Positions 62,768-64,000 of a stretch of DNA of 64,000 nucleotides are shown in pieces. The first letter of the stretch is position 1; each line of letters starts with the position of its first letter. Under the pieces are notes generated by a model. That model was not told where the DNA came from, did not search any database, and was given only the letters and a program-made list of their open reading frames with translations. The translations under genes were made by a program, and so were the position numbers. The stretch is from Lingula anatina (taxonomy: Eukaryota; Animalia; Brachiopoda), in NCBI GenBank assembly GCA_051362555.1, contig CM120647.1:11570651-11634650 (forward strand). The letters run 5' to 3'.

Positions 62768-63261
62768 GATATGGCTGGAGATACACATGTGATAACAGGA
62801 TATAAATCCAAACTTACTTTTATGGTGTTACATTTGATTAAATTACCTTAGTTTAATGTTGAAAAGTATGCAGTTGACAAACAGCCGAATTCGTACAAAG
62901 GATACAGTGAATAGTAAACATTTTTGTTGCTATTGATTAGCATACAAACATGATCTCTGAACCGTTTTGCTTCTTTCTGCCCATTTTTCATAATTGGTGA
63001 CAACCTATTAAGGTATTTATCCAAATACTTGAATGCATTGCCCCTGTTTCTGAATGGCATTTCATTCAGTCCATATACTTTGGGACCATCTTTTGTCGGA
63101 TGGTTTGACAATATTGCCAAATCCTGATCGTCAATATTTCCTTCATATAGATTGTCCCAGTCATTTCTATAATTTTCTTTATCAGCATTCATGATAATCG
63201 AATCACAAACAGCTTCGTAGTCGGGTAAAATTGTATAAAACGTAGTTATACAGGACGCCAT
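60529..63261 (-). CDS. Uncharacterised 342-aa protein (paralog B); candidate NuiA-like plus RelE/YafQ-like two-domain protein
   Basis: Exons 63261-62906 and 61201-60529 join in frame (..VYYSL|LGTSNESFYMVLG..) across a U12-type intron at the same codon position and phase as in paralog A. Confidence 0.85.
61346..61374. mobile_element. 29-bp hairpin micro-element with 7-bp flanking direct repeat
   Basis: atttaag|CATGGACCTAAT gagag ATTAGGTCCATG|atttaag. Confidence 0.6.
61381..61581. mobile_element. MITE flanked by TTAA, inside the U12 intron
   Basis: Inverted arms GGATGAGAAGAGCCGAGTATTAGCTG / CAGCTATCACTCGGCTCTTCTCATTC. Confidence 0.75.
62353..62539. mobile_element. MITE (GGCTGTGTTCAGAAT TIR), inside the U12 intron
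   Basis: GGCTGTGTTCAGAAT..GTACTAGCAGGATCGATCTAT / ATAGATCAATCTTGCTAGTAC..ATTCTGAACACAGTC. Confidence 0.75.
62733..62762. repeat. (TG)n microsatellite
   Basis: Directly visible. Confidence 0.9.
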
Positions 63262-64000
63262 TTTCTAAACCTTTCCAATCCCAGGCACGTTGCCTTACTC
63301 ACTTTTAACTTATTATTCGACGGTTGTTAAGCCCAACTGCATGACAGCCGCTTTTCACAAAGATATTAGTGCCAGCTTAATTTCCAAAAATCGCCCAGGT
63401 GCCGAGCAAACGTGGCGTGCCAAGGTAGCACATAGTTTTTTAATAGGCGGATTATGGAGTCTCCCCGAAGCTTTGATGTTTACTGAACTTGTCCCATGCC
63501 GAACTGTTTGCACTCATAGCAACAGACCAACTCCGTGTCTACCGTTGCAACGAGCACGCTACCTGTGTGCATGTTTGCAAAGGGCGATAGATAACTCATT
63601 TCGAAGATACCCTCTTTGTTATAAAAAATAGAACTGACTAACAATGAATACGATCTCAGATGTATTATTTACATGAGATATTTGATCAGTGCGAAGTCGA
63701 TATAAGTATTCACAAACATCTTTGATTCCTGAATGCCAGGACGCCTTTCAACGTTATTTAAACGCCTAACCTTATGTTTAAGGGTCAGCAAACAGGTACC
63801 AGTAGGCCTATTGACGTCATAATAGTAGTTAGGTAGACTCAACGTATATCATAATTTGCATTCGCATTTATACAAAATGGCGTACAGAGGTAGCATCCAG
63901 TGAAGCAGCGAGGTGTTTTAAACAATCTTGAGGTAGTTCTGGTGAAATAGTATAACTTGTGAACAAAGGGTGTGTCTTATTCCTTTATCAACATGCCAAT

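Larger units (their letters stand above)
61202..62905 (-). other. U12-type (minor spliceosome) GT-AG intron, 1704 nt
   Basis: 5' site CT|GTATCCTTT. Consensus branch site TTCCTTAAC (61220-61212) ends 10 nt before the intron end (..CACAG|). Splicing restores the frame. Confidence 0.92.

Overview
AT-rich, intron-containing eukaryotic DNA, most likely from a marine invertebrate; the species cannot be determined from the sequence. I found no rRNA, tRNA or CRISPR features. (1) Minus strand, 711-14870: a secreted protein gene with a signal peptide, a furin-type site, a CAP/SCP domain and at least 26 calcium-binding EGF exons built by nested exon duplication. Its 3' end was not found. (2) About 16-34 kb: gene-poor and rich in MITEs. 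(3) Minus strand, 34686-39172: a 3-exon, 348-aa rhabdomeric-type opsin with several atypical GPCR switch residues. (4) 45-63 kb: a tandem family of unannotated genes. Two intact copies (345 and 342 aa) are each split by a single minor-spliceosome (U12, GT-AG) intron, and three decayed copies lie among Tc1/mariner and RTE-LINE insertions. An orphan 234-aa ORF sits head-to-head with one intact copy. By eye, the spliced proteins look like a NuiA-like nuclease-inhibitor domain joined by a variable linker to a RelE/YafQ-like ribonuclease domain, i.e. a candidate self-contained toxin-inhibitor fusion in an animal genome. That fold assignment is inference from recalled family consensus and needs HMM or structure searches.
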